DNA of 55,977 bases from a virus (IMGVR_UViG_3300009180_000048:1-55977), one strand, 5' to 3'. Counted from the first letter of the stretch, positions 19,775-30,777 are shown. A program made the numbers and translations. Notes: generated by a model not told the origin, from the sequence alone.

Positions 19775-20995
19775 ATGCCAAAGCACACCGGTATCTTTAT
19801 GATGGGAAAGATTTATGATCGTTCCACACGAACGATCACGAATCTATGGATGCCACAGAGTAAGATTATTTTATCCTCTATAGATGTTGAAATAACGCTT
19901 GGTTTGAGCCATAAGATAACAGCCTCGCTTGAGATGCCGTATCGTGAGGGATTAGCGATAGTAGAGGGAACGTTATTCAGCATCAGCAACATTTTGTCAG
20001 TTAGGTTTGGGTATTCACAGACGGGTTGGATGAGTCCTTGGATGGCGGGGATTATGACGAATCCATCGTGTTCTTTATCGGATACATGGACAATAGGGAT
20101 AGAGGCACAAGGGGGAGGAGCGTTAGCGTTAGCACGTACAGCAACAAAAGAATGGAGTGGTACTCGGTACTATATTATTGAGGAGATAGCATCACGATTA
20201 GGGCTACTGGTTGAAGCAGACTGTATTAACCAGAAGATGACGGAGCCGGTAACACTTAATCAGACGGGTGAGACATACTTTCTGTACTTAGCGGCAATCA
20301 TACACGATGCAGGATATGATTTTTTCATATCGTCTAATTTAGACGGTAAAGCAACGCTCTTTATTAAGGATAGGATGTCTGCGCCTCGACCTGCAAGGTC
20401 ATTTGTTAAGTACGGCCCTATAGACAGAGATAAGAACCAGTACCCGATTTTAGAGTTTGATTCCGAACCAACACCTTTTAAATCATCTGGAGACGCAGCT
20501 ATCAAATCGGTATGGATGGACGATGAGGGAAATATCGTAAAGTACACGGCTACAGAAAGTGCGAGTGCATTACCTCGGACGGGTACAGGAAGCGTAGCAG
20601 GGGGAAAGGAGGATATTAGACATGATGAATCTGGGCTGTATATGGACCAGCAAGTTTTATCTTACGAGAGCGGGGAATTAATGTTTTTACCATCTCAATG
20701 GTCAACTGCTTCTGAAGCATCGGTACAAGCGAAGTACGATGAGGGGTTAGCGATTCCTCCATGGAAGACATCTATAACAACGATAGGTATTCCTAATATG
20801 TTGCCAGGGGAGTTAGTAGCGATTTACGGATGTTCTAAGCGATACGATGGGAATTACGGTGTATTTTCAGTAAAGCACTCAATAAGTGATGGTGGATTTA
20901 GTACATCCTTTGAATGTACACGTAATGCGTTTAGCGGGCTTCAAGGATATGGAGACGATAACTACCCTGTGGAAACGCCTCCTGTTGGAGCGTAG
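19775..20995 (+). CDS. Baseplate hub protein (gp27 / GpD / VgrG N-half-like)
   Basis: VRFGY, LNQTGET, TIGIPNMLPG, GNYGVFSVKHSISDGGFSTSFEC. Confidence 0.85.
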   Translation: MPKHTGIFMMGKIYDRSTRTITNLWMPQSKIILSSIDVEITLGLSHKITASLEMPYREGLAIVEGTLFSISNILSVRFGYSQTGWMSPWMAGIMTNPSCSLSDTWTIGIEAQGGGALALARTATKEWSGTRYYIIEEIASRLGLLVEADCINQKMTEPVTLNQTGETYFLYLAAIIHDAGYDFFISSNLDGKATLFIKDRMSAPRPARSFVKYGPIDRDKNQYPILEFDSEPTPFKSSGDAAIKSVWMDDEGNIVKYTATESASALPRTGTGSVAGGKEDIRHDESGLYMDQQVLSYESGELMFLPSQWSTASEASVQAKYDEGLAIPPWKTSITTIGIPNMLPGELVAIYGCSKRYDGNYGVFSVKHSISDGGFSTSFECTRNAFSGLQGYGDDNYPVETPPVGA

Positions 20996-21077
20996 CTTCA
21001 GCTAACGGTAACTTCAAACAGTTGACAGTTTATCGTTTAATATTAAAATTCTTGTTATAGCCATTCAGGAAGTAACC

Positions 21078-21959
21078 ATGCCTGTATTCAATAGTATAAA
21101 CGAAGGACTTGATTGGTTAATAAGGTTCGTATCGGAGCGTGGAATAGAGGGTTTATTCCATAGGTTTTATGGTACATACTCAGGAAAGGTAAGTGATGTA
21201 AGAGATCCCGATAGAGAGGGGAAGGTAAAGCTTGTTATTCCTGTTTTGGGATCAGACGAACCCTACGGAATATGGGCACGTCCTATGTTTCCGGGTGCAG
21301 CGGCAAAGCACGGATTTTACTTTACTCCAGAGGTAGGGGATCAGGTATGGGTAACCTTTGAGAATGGGGATTCAAAGCGTCCGTTATACCAAGGTGGTCC
21401 GGTTATTAAGGCGCAGTACCCAGACGAGTTCAAGAGTATAAATGCCGATGTACGGGGGATACGGACACCATCAGGTATATTGATTAGGTTTAGCGATGAT
21501 CCATTAGACACAAACGTAGTGATAGAGCATCCTACGGGGAGCGCCTTGAATTTATCTAAGGAGGGGAATGTACTCTTGATGGGGAGTAACGGGTCTAATT
21601 TATTCATTAATTCCGAAGCAGGAGAGACAACACTAATAGATAAAACGGGTGCAATGGTATCGATGGTAGAGGGAGCGGTTACGCTTGTAAGTAAGGAAGG
21701 GAGAACGATAGAGGTAGGCGATGAGATAACGGTTATGAGTACAGGTAAAATAAACATCAATGGCGGCGCATCGGTTAACATTATATCTGGTAATGTGAAG
21801 TTGGGAGCAGGAGTAATGGATTCACTCGTAAAGGGTGGAACGTTTACAGCTTTATTTAATGTCCATACGCACCCATGTACGTCACCGGGAACACCATCAG
21901 GACCGCCGATTATTCCAATGACGGCAGCACATACGACGTTAAACGTCAAGGGGTCATAA
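21078..21959 (+). CDS. Baseplate central spike (gp5 / GpV / VgrG OB-fold plus beta-helix)
   Basis: DPDREGKVK, WARP, PEVGDQVWVTFENGD..P; C-terminal HTH metal site. Confidence 0.9.
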   Translation: MPVFNSINEGLDWLIRFVSERGIEGLFHRFYGTYSGKVSDVRDPDREGKVKLVIPVLGSDEPYGIWARPMFPGAAAKHGFYFTPEVGDQVWVTFENGDSKRPLYQGGPVIKAQYPDEFKSINADVRGIRTPSGILIRFSDDPLDTNVVIEHPTGSALNLSKEGNVLLMGSNGSNLFINSEAGETTLIDKTGAMVSMVEGAVTLVSKEGRTIEVGDEITVMSTGKININGGASVNIISGNVKLGAGVMDSLVKGGTFTALFNVHTHPCTSPGTPSGPPIIPMTAAHTTLNVKGS

Positions 21960-22294
21960 TGGATACACTTCTAAGTAAGTACACATCTATGAGGATCAAG
22001 GCTGCTGAGCAGATACAGCGGTCAATAGAGAAGATGTCACAATCACCGTCTATGGAACGGGTATTTGATATGACGGAGTTACAGATAGCGATAGATACGT
22101 ATGACATTTGCCTTGAGCTAATGAGGAACGAGCGTAGCAATAGCCCTATGTGGCTATCGGAGCAGTTATCAAAGCGGATCGACGTTTTACTTAAGCTTGC
22201 TGGTAGTAACCAGTTAAAGATAGCGTATACGCATAGGGTTGGACAGCTTCTAATGAAGCAGATATCCTTAATCCAGGCAGGAGCTACCCCATGA
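21959..22294 (+). CDS. Hypothetical protein
   Basis: TAATG coupling to the spike gene. Confidence 0.55.
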   Translation: MDTLLSKYTSMRIKAAEQIQRSIEKMSQSPSMERVFDMTELQIAIDTYDICLELMRNERSNSPMWLSEQLSKRIDVLLKLAGSNQLKIAYTHRVGQLLMKQISLIQAGATP

Positions 22295-22477
22295 GGATGA
22301 GCATAAGGGGTGCAATTAGGTCCGTCATAGCGAATGGATACCCTACAATTACACCAATGTTACGGATTGTACGGTTTGCGTTTCTATTATGGATAAACGG
22401 TATCCTTTCAGCGGGTATGATTTATACCATCCTTAGGAAGTTATTCTGTCAAAAGCCTAACAATTTAAGGAGTCAAA

Positions 22478-22786
22478 ATGCGCCTACTCATTGAATCACT
22501 TTCCAACCTCACTGGTGCGTCAATTCTTGACATTGCAAATCGCATGATTTCAATAGATTCGGAGCTATCAGAAACCGAACGCAATTGGAATCACAACGTA
22601 GCCAATGGTTTACGCACACTTGCGAAGGTATACGGATCACAAAGGTATGATGCGATCCTAAGCAGATTTAAGAGCAGCTTATCGCAGATGAAGGATGGAG
22701 ATGAAACGATTACATCTATCCGCAAGCTTGATGCTGTATTAGCTGACGATATCAAAGCACTTCTAAGTAAGCTTGATAGTGTATGA
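22478..22786 (+). CDS. Hypothetical protein with capsid-targeting-like N-terminus
   Basis: AAGGAG SD; MRLLIES. Confidence 0.6.
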   Translation: MRLLIESLSNLTGASILDIANRMISIDSELSETERNWNHNVANGLRTLAKVYGSQRYDAILSRFKSSLSQMKDGDETITSIRKLDAVLADDIKALLSKLDSV

Positions 22787-23142
22787 GTAGATGTAAGTTT
22801 CCTATCCTTCCGATACCTTCTATCCCAGCACTATCACTGGAAATCGATTTCCAATTACCGGTGATGAAATTACCCAAGCTACCTAAGTTTGGCGTACCTC
22901 CTCCAAGGGTACGACTACCATCAATAAGCATTCCAGGGTTTCCCATATCGATAGATATTGATTTAGAGCTTCCGATACTTAAGCTGCCAAAGATACCAAA
23001 GATACATCCAGATTTAGCACTTAGAATATCGCTACCACCATTGAGCATACCGATTATATCGTTTGATATTGATTTAGAGCTACCAACGTTTAGGCTTCCG
23101 ACTATCTCTTTGCTTCCAGCATGTCCCCTGGACTATCTGTAA
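22783..23142 (+). CDS. Pro/Ile/Leu-rich repeat protein
   Basis: ATGA overlap; three IP..ID.DLELP..KLP-like repeats; Cys near both ends. Confidence 0.6.
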   Translation: MSRCKFPILPIPSIPALSLEIDFQLPVMKLPKLPKFGVPPPRVRLPSISIPGFPISIDIDLELPILKLPKIPKIHPDLALRISLPPLSIPIISFDIDLELPTFRLPTISLLPACPLDYL

Positions 23143-23179
23143 ATGGACTATATGTAAAGGAAAGCGTTATAGGGTATGT

Positions 23180-23539
23180 ATGACCAAGGGCATAGGATTT
23201 CCGTTTAGGCGGGATGAGACACTACCTGTATCACCACTAACAGAGGATGATGCGATAAGGGAGAGTATTGAGCAGATATTACTTGTAACCAAGGGGGAGC
23301 GGGTATATCGGCCAATGGTAGGAAGTGGATTGAATAGTTTACTATTTGAGCAGAACACACCGGTATTGCAGGCACTAATGAGAGAGGAGATAAGGAGGTC
23401 GATACGTGCGCAGGAGAAGAGGATACAGGTCATCGACATACTTATAAAATCGTATGATAACCGAATTGAGGTTAGGGTAACATATAGTCGTCTTGGCAGT
23501 ACACGTACTGCGAATATAGCGATTCAGAGGGGCGCATGA
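23180..23539 (+). CDS. Baseplate wedge gp25 / GpW-like
   Basis: GIGFPF, IRESIEQILL..KGERVYRP.VG. Confidence 0.9.
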   Translation: MTKGIGFPFRRDETLPVSPLTEDDAIRESIEQILLVTKGERVYRPMVGSGLNSLLFEQNTPVLQALMREEIRRSIRAQEKRIQVIDILIKSYDNRIEVRVTYSRLGSTRTANIAIQRGA

Positions 23540-25629
23540 GCAGCTATTTACAGCGTGATTTTGATACGATGCAAGCAGAGATTATGCAGCGTGTAAAGAC
23601 GAAGTATGGAGACGTATACGATGATTTTTCAGCATCGGGCCAGGGCATGATGCTTATGGACATTATTGCTTATGCTGCTGAAGTCGTAGCATTTTATGTT
23701 GATAGACGGGCGAAAGAAAGCTTTATGAGTTTAGCAGAGGAGCCATGGAACGTAGCGATGCTTGCACGTCAGAACGGCTATCGTGCGAGAGCGGCTGTAG
23801 CGGCTTCGGGGATAGCGAGGGTAGGACCGAGCCAAGAGTATGATTTTGAGTTTAGCATTCCTGTTGGATATGCGTTTAAGAATGGAACGGGCAAGGTATT
23901 TGAGACAACAGAACAGATAACGTATGATGCAGGAACGACTACCAGCCAATTAATAAATGTAAGGGAGGGGAGAAGTTACTTAATCGTTAGGAGTTCTACT
24001 GGCTTAGAGGATCAGGAGATAGGGATAACTGGTATCCCGAAGGGCTACTATTTATGCAATGGGTCTGTTAGGGTAATTGTAGACGGTGTTGAATGGGAGG
24101 AGGTAAGCCACTTATCGTTTGACGCATTAGAGCAGTACGAGGTACTATATTTAGACAATCCACCAAAGATAAGATTTGGTAATGGGATATCTGGTGCTAT
24201 ACCTACGAGTGGTAGTGAGATACGGGTTATTTATGTTCTTTGCAGTGGTAGGGATGGGAATGTATCGGGGATAAGCAGCGCGGTTACCCCGTTAACGTAT
24301 GGGAATACGACGATAGATTTGAGTATAAGCCAGGAGGGAACGGCCAGTGGAGGGGACTACCCTGAGACGATAGATGAGATAAGGGCGAAAGCGCCTGGAT
24401 ACATAGCGGCGCGTGAGGTAGCGATAACGCAAAGGGACTACTACGGTTTAGCGAGTGCATACACGCATTCACAGTACGGAGCGGTAGCGGTAGCACAGGC
24501 GTATTGTGCGCGTACAATAACGGGGGACATAGAGACGAATAATTATGTATCGGACATGCAGGGGTTATTTGATACGTATTTAGCCGCAAATGGTACGGAT
24601 TCAGAGACGATATCTGGAAATATGACAGATATTACCACCTGTACAACGGATATAGCGTCTAAATGTTCACTTATTCTTGGTTGTACAGATACGATACAGA
24701 CGAATATAGACACGATAGTAACGAAGGCACGGTCTGTACTTGGTAGGAGTGACATATTGGTATCGCCCCAGGGTCACTTTGATTTATACTTACAGGAGGA
24801 ATCGGATTCTATTGTAACGCTACCTGAATTGATAGCATTAATGGAGGCATCATCGGATGCTGCTATAGTAGCGATAGCACCGGACATAGAGGATATGAAG
24901 AATACATTCTCGATAGCGTCTGGTACGGTAGAGAATGCGATAACGGCTTTAGATGCGCTTGGTAATTCGATTATTACTTGTTGTGACGAGATAACGACGC
25001 AGCGTGGAACGATAGATGCTTATGTAGCTACAGTACAGACGGACAATAGCACGATCATAACGGAAGCAAACGCTACGAAATCGATTACCGATGGCCATGC
25101 AGCGACGTATATTGTTTACCAAACGGAGTTTGAGACAGCCTACCAAGCATTAGTAGAACACCTGAACGACGTTATATCCGCAGATGGTATGAGTAATATG
25201 ATTACCGTACCTATTTTAGCGATAGACAGTGGAGGTTATTATACAGCGCCGTCTACTGGGCTTATGCGGGGACTGGAGACATATTTAGAGGAGCGTTCGG
25301 ACGTAGCACACATGGTACGTGTGGTGAGTGGAGCACGCACGATGGTAGGAGTAGACCTACAGATAGGGGTTAGGGTAATCGTAGGATATGTATTTTCGGA
25401 GGTAACAACACAGATAGACAATTTAGTAAGGAGTGAGTTGAAGAGAAGGAAGTTTGGTATATCGCTTTACGTATCAAGGATACACCAGATTATACAGAGT
25501 GTAATTGGGGTAGACGTATTTAACGTCACGTTCGCATCGGAGCGTGAATTAGACAGTTATGGGAATCTGCTGATAACGGCTGAGAGTGTTATTGTACCAG
25601 GGGATATCGTTATATCCCCTATGGAGTGA
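23536..25629 (+). CDS. Baseplate wedge gp6 / GpJ-like with a helical insertion
   Basis: RDFD, IRFGNGISGAIP, GGDYPETIDEIR, AITQRDY. Confidence 0.9.
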   Translation: MSSYLQRDFDTMQAEIMQRVKTKYGDVYDDFSASGQGMMLMDIIAYAAEVVAFYVDRRAKESFMSLAEEPWNVAMLARQNGYRARAAVAASGIARVGPSQEYDFEFSIPVGYAFKNGTGKVFETTEQITYDAGTTTSQLINVREGRSYLIVRSSTGLEDQEIGITGIPKGYYLCNGSVRVIVDGVEWEEVSHLSFDALEQYEVLYLDNPPKIRFGNGISGAIPTSGSEIRVIYVLCSGRDGNVSGISSAVTPLTYGNTTIDLSISQEGTASGGDYPETIDEIRAKAPGYIAAREVAITQRDYYGLASAYTHSQYGAVAVAQAYCARTITGDIETNNYVSDMQGLFDTYLAANGTDSETISGNMTDITTCTTDIASKCSLILGCTDTIQTNIDTIVTKARSVLGRSDILVSPQGHFDLYLQEESDSIVTLPELIALMEASSDAAIVAIAPDIEDMKNTFSIASGTVENAITALDALGNSIITCCDEITTQRGTIDAYVATVQTDNSTIITEANATKSITDGHAATYIVYQTEFETAYQALVEHLNDVISADGMSNMITVPILAIDSGGYYTAPSTGLMRGLETYLEERSDVAHMVRVVSGARTMVGVDLQIGVRVIVGYVFSEVTTQIDNLVRSELKRRKFGISLYVSRIHQIIQSVIGVDVFNVTFASERELDSYGNLLITAESVIVPGDIVISPME

Positions 25630-25633
25630 TCCG

Positions 25634-26302
25634 ATGCCATTAAGTCAGCGTCTAAGTATAAGCTACCCTGCGAATGGTGCTGATCCATGGTATGACGCTT
25701 TTAAGGGGTTTGTAGACGGCGTAGATCAACATTTATTTGCGGCGATGGAGGATAGGAATAATTTACTGATAGGGGGAGGGGAAGGGAGTTGGAATTCGGA
25801 TACGGGTGTATTTAGCTGGAGTGAGTCTATACAGATATTGACGCCTTCTACTGGGAAGTTGCAGACGATAGGGGCATCATCGGTAACGGTCACATCAGGA
25901 CAGATGATTGTTAGCACGATTACACGTGGAGCTACCAGAGCGGTAGTTTTAGCGATGAGCGTAGCCAATTATGTGAGTAGCAACAGTAACCAGATAGTGA
26001 TTGGATATCGGTTAGGGGAGACGCTGTACCTTAGGACGGGGCAACGTCTATCGAATGGTGACACGGTACAGGTTGGGACGGGTGTTAGTTACATAGACAT
26101 AAAGGATAAGTTTATTCTTGATAACGAGACATGGGAATTTGAGTTAACGGAGACGCCATCACCGTCTTGTATACCGATAGTCGATATAGATGGGGTATTA
26201 ACGGAAGGGTACACGATAGTAGGGAAATCGATTACCGTAACGGAGTACCCTGTATATGTAGATGTTGATGGCTGGGTACTTACAGTTAGATATAGGAAGT
26301 AA
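25634..26302 (+). CDS. Baseplate / fibre-associated protein
   Basis: GGAG SD before ATG 25634; beta-rich; between wedge genes. Confidence 0.6.
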   Translation: MPLSQRLSISYPANGADPWYDAFKGFVDGVDQHLFAAMEDRNNLLIGGGEGSWNSDTGVFSWSESIQILTPSTGKLQTIGASSVTVTSGQMIVSTITRGATRAVVLAMSVANYVSSNSNQIVIGYRLGETLYLRTGQRLSNGDTVQVGTGVSYIDIKDKFILDNETWEFELTETPSPSCIPIVDIDGVLTEGYTIVGKSITVTEYPVYVDVDGWVLTVRYRK

Positions 26303-26305
26303 GCT

Positions 26306-27634
26306 ATGGGAAGTTTTGGGGATAGTCCTATAGGAAGTGGAACATGGGGAGAGCAGTTGTGGATGACGGTTCCGGGCGTATACCGAAATCGGGACGAAGA
26401 TAATGGAGGATACTTAAAGAAGCTCATAGATGCTGTTAGCGACACTTTATGGAGATGCCACGAATACGGGGGAGCCTTACCTTTAATGCGTGATGCAATG
26501 AAGGTAGAGGGGGGATTTAACCGACTAATGATAGAGATTAGCTCTATAGACATTGTTAGTGCGGAGGAGTCTGAGGAGCACCGTGGATATATGTACTTAT
26601 ACACAGGGTCAAATGAGGATCTAATCAATGTTAGTATAGGGGACCGGGTATATGGTGCCATGAGTTGTAATGTCCGAAGTGTTAATGCAGTAGGTGGATA
26701 CATAACGGTATATGGGACGGAAGATCCGAGGCTTAATGGAGCGATAGAGATAACGGCCCCATCGTTATTAGAGTACCTTGGAAGGGACATAGGAGAGGAG
26801 ATAGACAGTCATGAGCCAGAGACATACCAAAGGAATTTGGTACAGCGGGCATGTTACTGGCAGGGGTTAAGGGGAACGAGACAGGGGATAGTCGTTCGGT
26901 CGAAGATGTCAGGTTTTGAGGCGGTAGTTAGGCGTTTATTTAGGATATCTGAATGGTTTTACCGGTCACTACCTGCTGAGAATGTATTTGAGATACCAGC
27001 GGGATCTAACAAATTCTATACGGACATAGAGCCGCGTTTTATGTTATTTGACGAAGTAAGAGCAGACGTAGCTGCATGTGATGATCTACCGCCAACAGCG
27101 TATAGTGAGGATATAGAGGTAGTTGCTATAAATTCATTCAATAGCACAACAACGCTTAGCTTAAGCGCACCGGTAATTGGGATGCTTAGTGCAGATAATG
27201 GGACATGGTACGTGGAGAGAGAAGGGAGACAATACTACATAGACAGTATTAATGAGGATTTAGATGAGATAACGGTAACGAGCAACATAGACACACCAGA
27301 GATGGGTGAGTATACGCTTGTGCACGACGCGCGTAATACACCTATGATGTCTTGGCGTCCATCCCACGTAGTAAGGATAGAGCTAACGATAATAGACAGT
27401 AGTTTATTATCGGACAGTATCTTTTTGGAGGACGTATTAACGAGATTGATAGATAAGCTTAAGCGGGCCGCACCTGCACATGTAGTATTTGCGCAGATAG
27501 CTTTTATATTAAGAGCGAGCACGGTATTGAGGATACAGAAATCGATTACCGGTTATGTGCGGCAATTTGGACACTACGATGAGATAGCAGCAGATGAACA
27601 ACCGGCAGACACTTATGAGGAGAGTGAGTTATGA
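26306..27634 (+). CDS. Baseplate wedge gp7 / GpI-like
   Basis: PGVYRNRD, LLEYLG, RGTRQG, APAHV motifs. Confidence 0.75.
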   Translation: MGSFGDSPIGSGTWGEQLWMTVPGVYRNRDEDNGGYLKKLIDAVSDTLWRCHEYGGALPLMRDAMKVEGGFNRLMIEISSIDIVSAEESEEHRGYMYLYTGSNEDLINVSIGDRVYGAMSCNVRSVNAVGGYITVYGTEDPRLNGAIEITAPSLLEYLGRDIGEEIDSHEPETYQRNLVQRACYWQGLRGTRQGIVVRSKMSGFEAVVRRLFRISEWFYRSLPAENVFEIPAGSNKFYTDIEPRFMLFDEVRADVAACDDLPPTAYSEDIEVVAINSFNSTTTLSLSAPVIGMLSADNGTWYVEREGRQYYIDSINEDLDEITVTSNIDTPEMGEYTLVHDARNTPMMSWRPSHVVRIELTIIDSSLLSDSIFLEDVLTRLIDKLKRAAPAHVVFAQIAFILRASTVLRIQKSITGYVRQFGHYDEIAADEQPADTYEESEL

Positions 27635-27951
27635 GAAGCATTACAGATTTAGTAGAGGCAAACGAGTGTTTGCCTCTACTTCCCAAGGGATACCGAGCGG
27701 TAGGAAGCACCAAAGAGCATCCTGAAATGAATCGCAGGGGAGAGTATTTGCTTAGTGTTTTTAGCGAAGCGGTTCCAAGCGGGTGTATTGATCAGCGTCC
27801 GACAACGCGGGATGTTATTTTAATGGATTGTAAGAAGCGCCTTAAGAAACCGCCTGTAACGCTTTTCCAGTATTGGGGTAGCGCAATTAGTCAGATGCGC
27901 GGTATGAGAAGTGACGGTTATATTTTAGCGGCAAACGAGGAGACACCATGA
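27631..27951 (+). CDS. Hypothetical protein with capsid-targeting-like N-terminus
   Basis: MRSITDLVEA; ATGA couplings on both sides. Confidence 0.55.
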   Translation: MRSITDLVEANECLPLLPKGYRAVGSTKEHPEMNRRGEYLLSVFSEAVPSGCIDQRPTTRDVILMDCKKRLKKPPVTLFQYWGSAISQMRGMRSDGYILAANEETP

Positions 27952-28400
27952 ACATAATTGCAACGATAGGGGGATTGAATGCATTTAGGGAGGCGCAGCT
28001 TGGAACGAGCGTTACGATATCTTACTTTAAGATAGGTGAGGGAGGCTGGCAGATATTGAATGGGGCGCAGGTAATGCGCACACCAGATCCTAATTTAAGT
28101 GATTTAGACTGTATAGAGAATCCATCACGTTATCCATCAGACAGCCTTGTATGGTATCAGAAATCGATTACCGAGGCAGACATAACGCATAGTGAGGATG
28201 GAGAAATCACCTTAGCCTGTGAGTTAGACGTAGGGGAAGGTAACGATTTTAACGATATAGATCCGCCTGAATATTGGGAGATAGGGGTATTCACGGATGA
28301 GGATGTTATGATGTACTACGGGACATTTAGTAAGTTCTCTAAAATATCGGATCGGGTATTCCACCTTGATCTGGCGATAACGATAGAGAATGTTAGTTAA
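27948..28400 (+). CDS. Tail-collar / fibre N-terminal-like protein
   Basis: ISYFKIGEGG...EIGVFT..MYYGTF pattern. Confidence 0.65.
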   Translation: MNIIATIGGLNAFREAQLGTSVTISYFKIGEGGWQILNGAQVMRTPDPNLSDLDCIENPSRYPSDSLVWYQKSITEADITHSEDGEITLACELDVGEGNDFNDIDPPEYWEIGVFTDEDVMMYYGTFSKFSKISDRVFHLDLAITIENVS

Positions 28401-28413
28401 AGGAGAGGTATAA

Positions 28414-30117
28414 ATGAGCACAAACCTTGTAACGATAGCGAGAGATAATCTTAAGGCAAGATGGAACGAGCCTTATGTAAGCGAGGCACTGAATATGCAC
28501 ACGGCGGCATTTCCCGCTGGTATTGTATATGGGTTTAGCATATCGGTTCCAAGTGGTAAGAATATCCGGTTTAGTTTGCACAGTGAGTTAGCTTTAAGCC
28601 TGTGCAGGATACGTGTAAATAACGTATGCGTAACTTACCGAGAGAGTAGTGATATCACGATAAATTTAGCGGCCCATGCAGGGACAACGGTATATTTAGG
28701 GATAACGGGCAGTTATTCGACGGGGAGTGAAACAACAGGAGCCTATATTGCATACTCGGAAGCAGAGTATAACGCAGGGGTTCTTGGTACGGTATGGTTA
28801 TGCAAGGCATCGGTTCCGGGGAGTGGAGCAATGTCTATAACAGATATTGACACATCTATTCGGTCGAGATCATGGAGTGAGGTAACGGAGACATCGGAGC
28901 TTGTAGCTTGGAAGGAAGTTATAGCCGATCCAGCGTTAGTTAGTGTTGATTCAGTAGGATTAGAGGAGTCAACTGGAGATGCGACATCCGATGTTACGGA
29001 TACCAACAAAGTTAACGGTGTACATTTAGTCAAGCTTTACCTTGATGGGGGCACAGCGGGGGATGTAAATCGTTTATTGAACGGTATTGGTATGACGAAG
29101 ATAGGTACGAAGATCCGTCTTAGATATAGGATTCGTACCATAGGATTTACGTCAACGGGTGCAGGGGTATATTTACGATACCGGGATAAAGACTTTAGTG
29201 TATTGAGTGACGAAGTAGTGGGTTTATCGTATAGTACGAGCACGGTTGCTATGACAACATACACGTATGAGGTGAGTCCACCTGCAAATACCTGTTATGT
29301 AGAGGTAGGGGTAGGCGCGAAATCGATTTCCGCAGGCAATTGTTGGATAGAGACGGTACAGGTATGGACGGAGGCTGCAACGGGTTACTTGAGGGGGAAC
29401 CAGATGCCTCAGGTATGGACACCATCTATACGGTTATTGTCTACGGATACAGCGGGTAAATATGCTTGTTTAGATTGGACAAGCGATCAGGACATATTAC
29501 TTAAATCCAGTGGAGGCGCAAACCTTTCTATAGGGGAAGGCGGAGTAGGGGATAGTGAGAACATCAATGTGAGTATACAAGGGACACTCACAGTAAATGC
29601 GATAACGAAAAGATGGACGATAGGAGGGGGATCTATAAAGGCATATGCCAGCCAAACGGTTGATTATGCCGGTGTCAGTACAATTCTTGACGAAGTTGTA
29701 TCTATCGACTGGAGCCAGCTAAGTGTAATTAATAATCCGTTTTGGAGCATACAAAAAGTATTTTATATCCCGATAGATATTGCGCCATGTACCCTTAAGA
29801 AGCTTAGGGTATACGGAAGCTTTGACTGTACAGGCTCAGCAGTTCCCGCTGATATAGAGACAAACGTTAATCTGTACACACTCACCAAGCACCCATCGTT
29901 GCCGTTAGGGAACGGGTTTAATTTGATAGGCATAGTAGAGCTAAGTGGGAGTAATGGTATTAGTCTTAAGTGTGAGACAGATTTAGGGGACACGGTATAT
30001 AGTCCTACGGAGGATGAGCAATTACTAATGATGACGCTCACGATAGGGAATGGAACCGTAGGTGGTAAGGTATACATAGCAGCAATAGAGATAGAGTATG
30101 AGGTAATGGGCATCTAA
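28414..30117 (+). CDS. Tail fibre / receptor-binding protein with a carbohydrate-binding-like jelly-roll segment
   Basis: Beta-rich, G/S/T-rich; GIVYGF N-terminal motif; end of the baseplate module. Confidence 0.65.
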   Translation: MSTNLVTIARDNLKARWNEPYVSEALNMHTAAFPAGIVYGFSISVPSGKNIRFSLHSELALSLCRIRVNNVCVTYRESSDITINLAAHAGTTVYLGITGSYSTGSETTGAYIAYSEAEYNAGVLGTVWLCKASVPGSGAMSITDIDTSIRSRSWSEVTETSELVAWKEVIADPALVSVDSVGLEESTGDATSDVTDTNKVNGVHLVKLYLDGGTAGDVNRLLNGIGMTKIGTKIRLRYRIRTIGFTSTGAGVYLRYRDKDFSVLSDEVVGLSYSTSTVAMTTYTYEVSPPANTCYVEVGVGAKSISAGNCWIETVQVWTEAATGYLRGNQMPQVWTPSIRLLSTDTAGKYACLDWTSDQDILLKSSGGANLSIGEGGVGDSENINVSIQGTLTVNAITKRWTIGGGSIKAYASQTVDYAGVSTILDEVVSIDWSQLSVINNPFWSIQKVFYIPIDIAPCTLKKLRVYGSFDCTGSAVPADIETNVNLYTLTKHPSLPLGNGFNLIGIVELSGSNGISLKCETDLGDTVYSPTEDEQLLMMTLTIGNGTVGGKVYIAAIEIEYEVMGI

Positions 30118-30131
30118 CCAAGCCTTATAGT

Positions 30132-30196
30132 TTGACACGGTATTGACATAAAATGGGTTGTTAGGCTTTCCATATAGGTTAGCCTAACAACCCATT
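30132..30196 (+). promoter_or_regulatory. Class R promoter overlapped by a 16-bp inverted repeat
   Basis: TTGACAC 30132, TTGACAT 30143, TAGCCT 30180; AATGGGTTGTTAGGCT/AGCCTAACAACCCATT. Confidence 0.5.
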
Positions 30197-30234
30197 CAAC
30201 CCTTCCCAACCCTTCCAATTCATGTGACTAAAAA

Positions 30235-30777
30235 GTGAAGTATTCACCGTATGACATCATTGTGGAGATAGATCCACCTTATATTAAGTGCCTCAACAGA
30301 GAGAAGAAGGCATTGATCAATAAGTGCATAGGAGCTTTAGACGAGTACGGGGTATTTGACTATGCGCTATTGAGACAGAAATCGATTACCAAGGGATACC
30401 GGATAGGAGAGAATAATTATGTACCTATAGGCAGGCTATTGGATACGCTGCTTAGTTGTTTAGAGAACCAACCCAGCAATTTGCCTATACGGGTACAGCT
30501 ACGGAGTCCATACGCGCTTGTATGTGGATATGTATTTTACTCTGATGCGATAGCAAAGCTATTAGGGTTCAACAGTGTATATCGTACAGGGGAACCATCC
30601 TTATTGGAATACAATAAGCTAATGAAGATGGATATAAGGATGGCATCATCTCTTATTGAGAGATTTACGTCATTTATGCCAGAGGGAAAAAAGGGGAATG
30701 GAGAGTTATTTGATGAGAAGGATATTATCTATTGGCAGTCGTGTGTATGGAACCCACCGAGTAAGAAGATCAGCTAA
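30235..30777 (+). CDS. Hypothetical protein
   Basis: 180-aa ORF, GTG start. Confidence 0.55.
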   Translation: MKYSPYDIIVEIDPPYIKCLNREKKALINKCIGALDEYGVFDYALLRQKSITKGYRIGENNYVPIGRLLDTLLSCLENQPSNLPIRVQLRSPYALVCGYVFYSDAIAKLLGFNSVYRTGEPSLLEYNKLMKMDIRMASSLIERFTSFMPEGKKGNGELFDEKDIIYWQSCVWNPPSKKIS

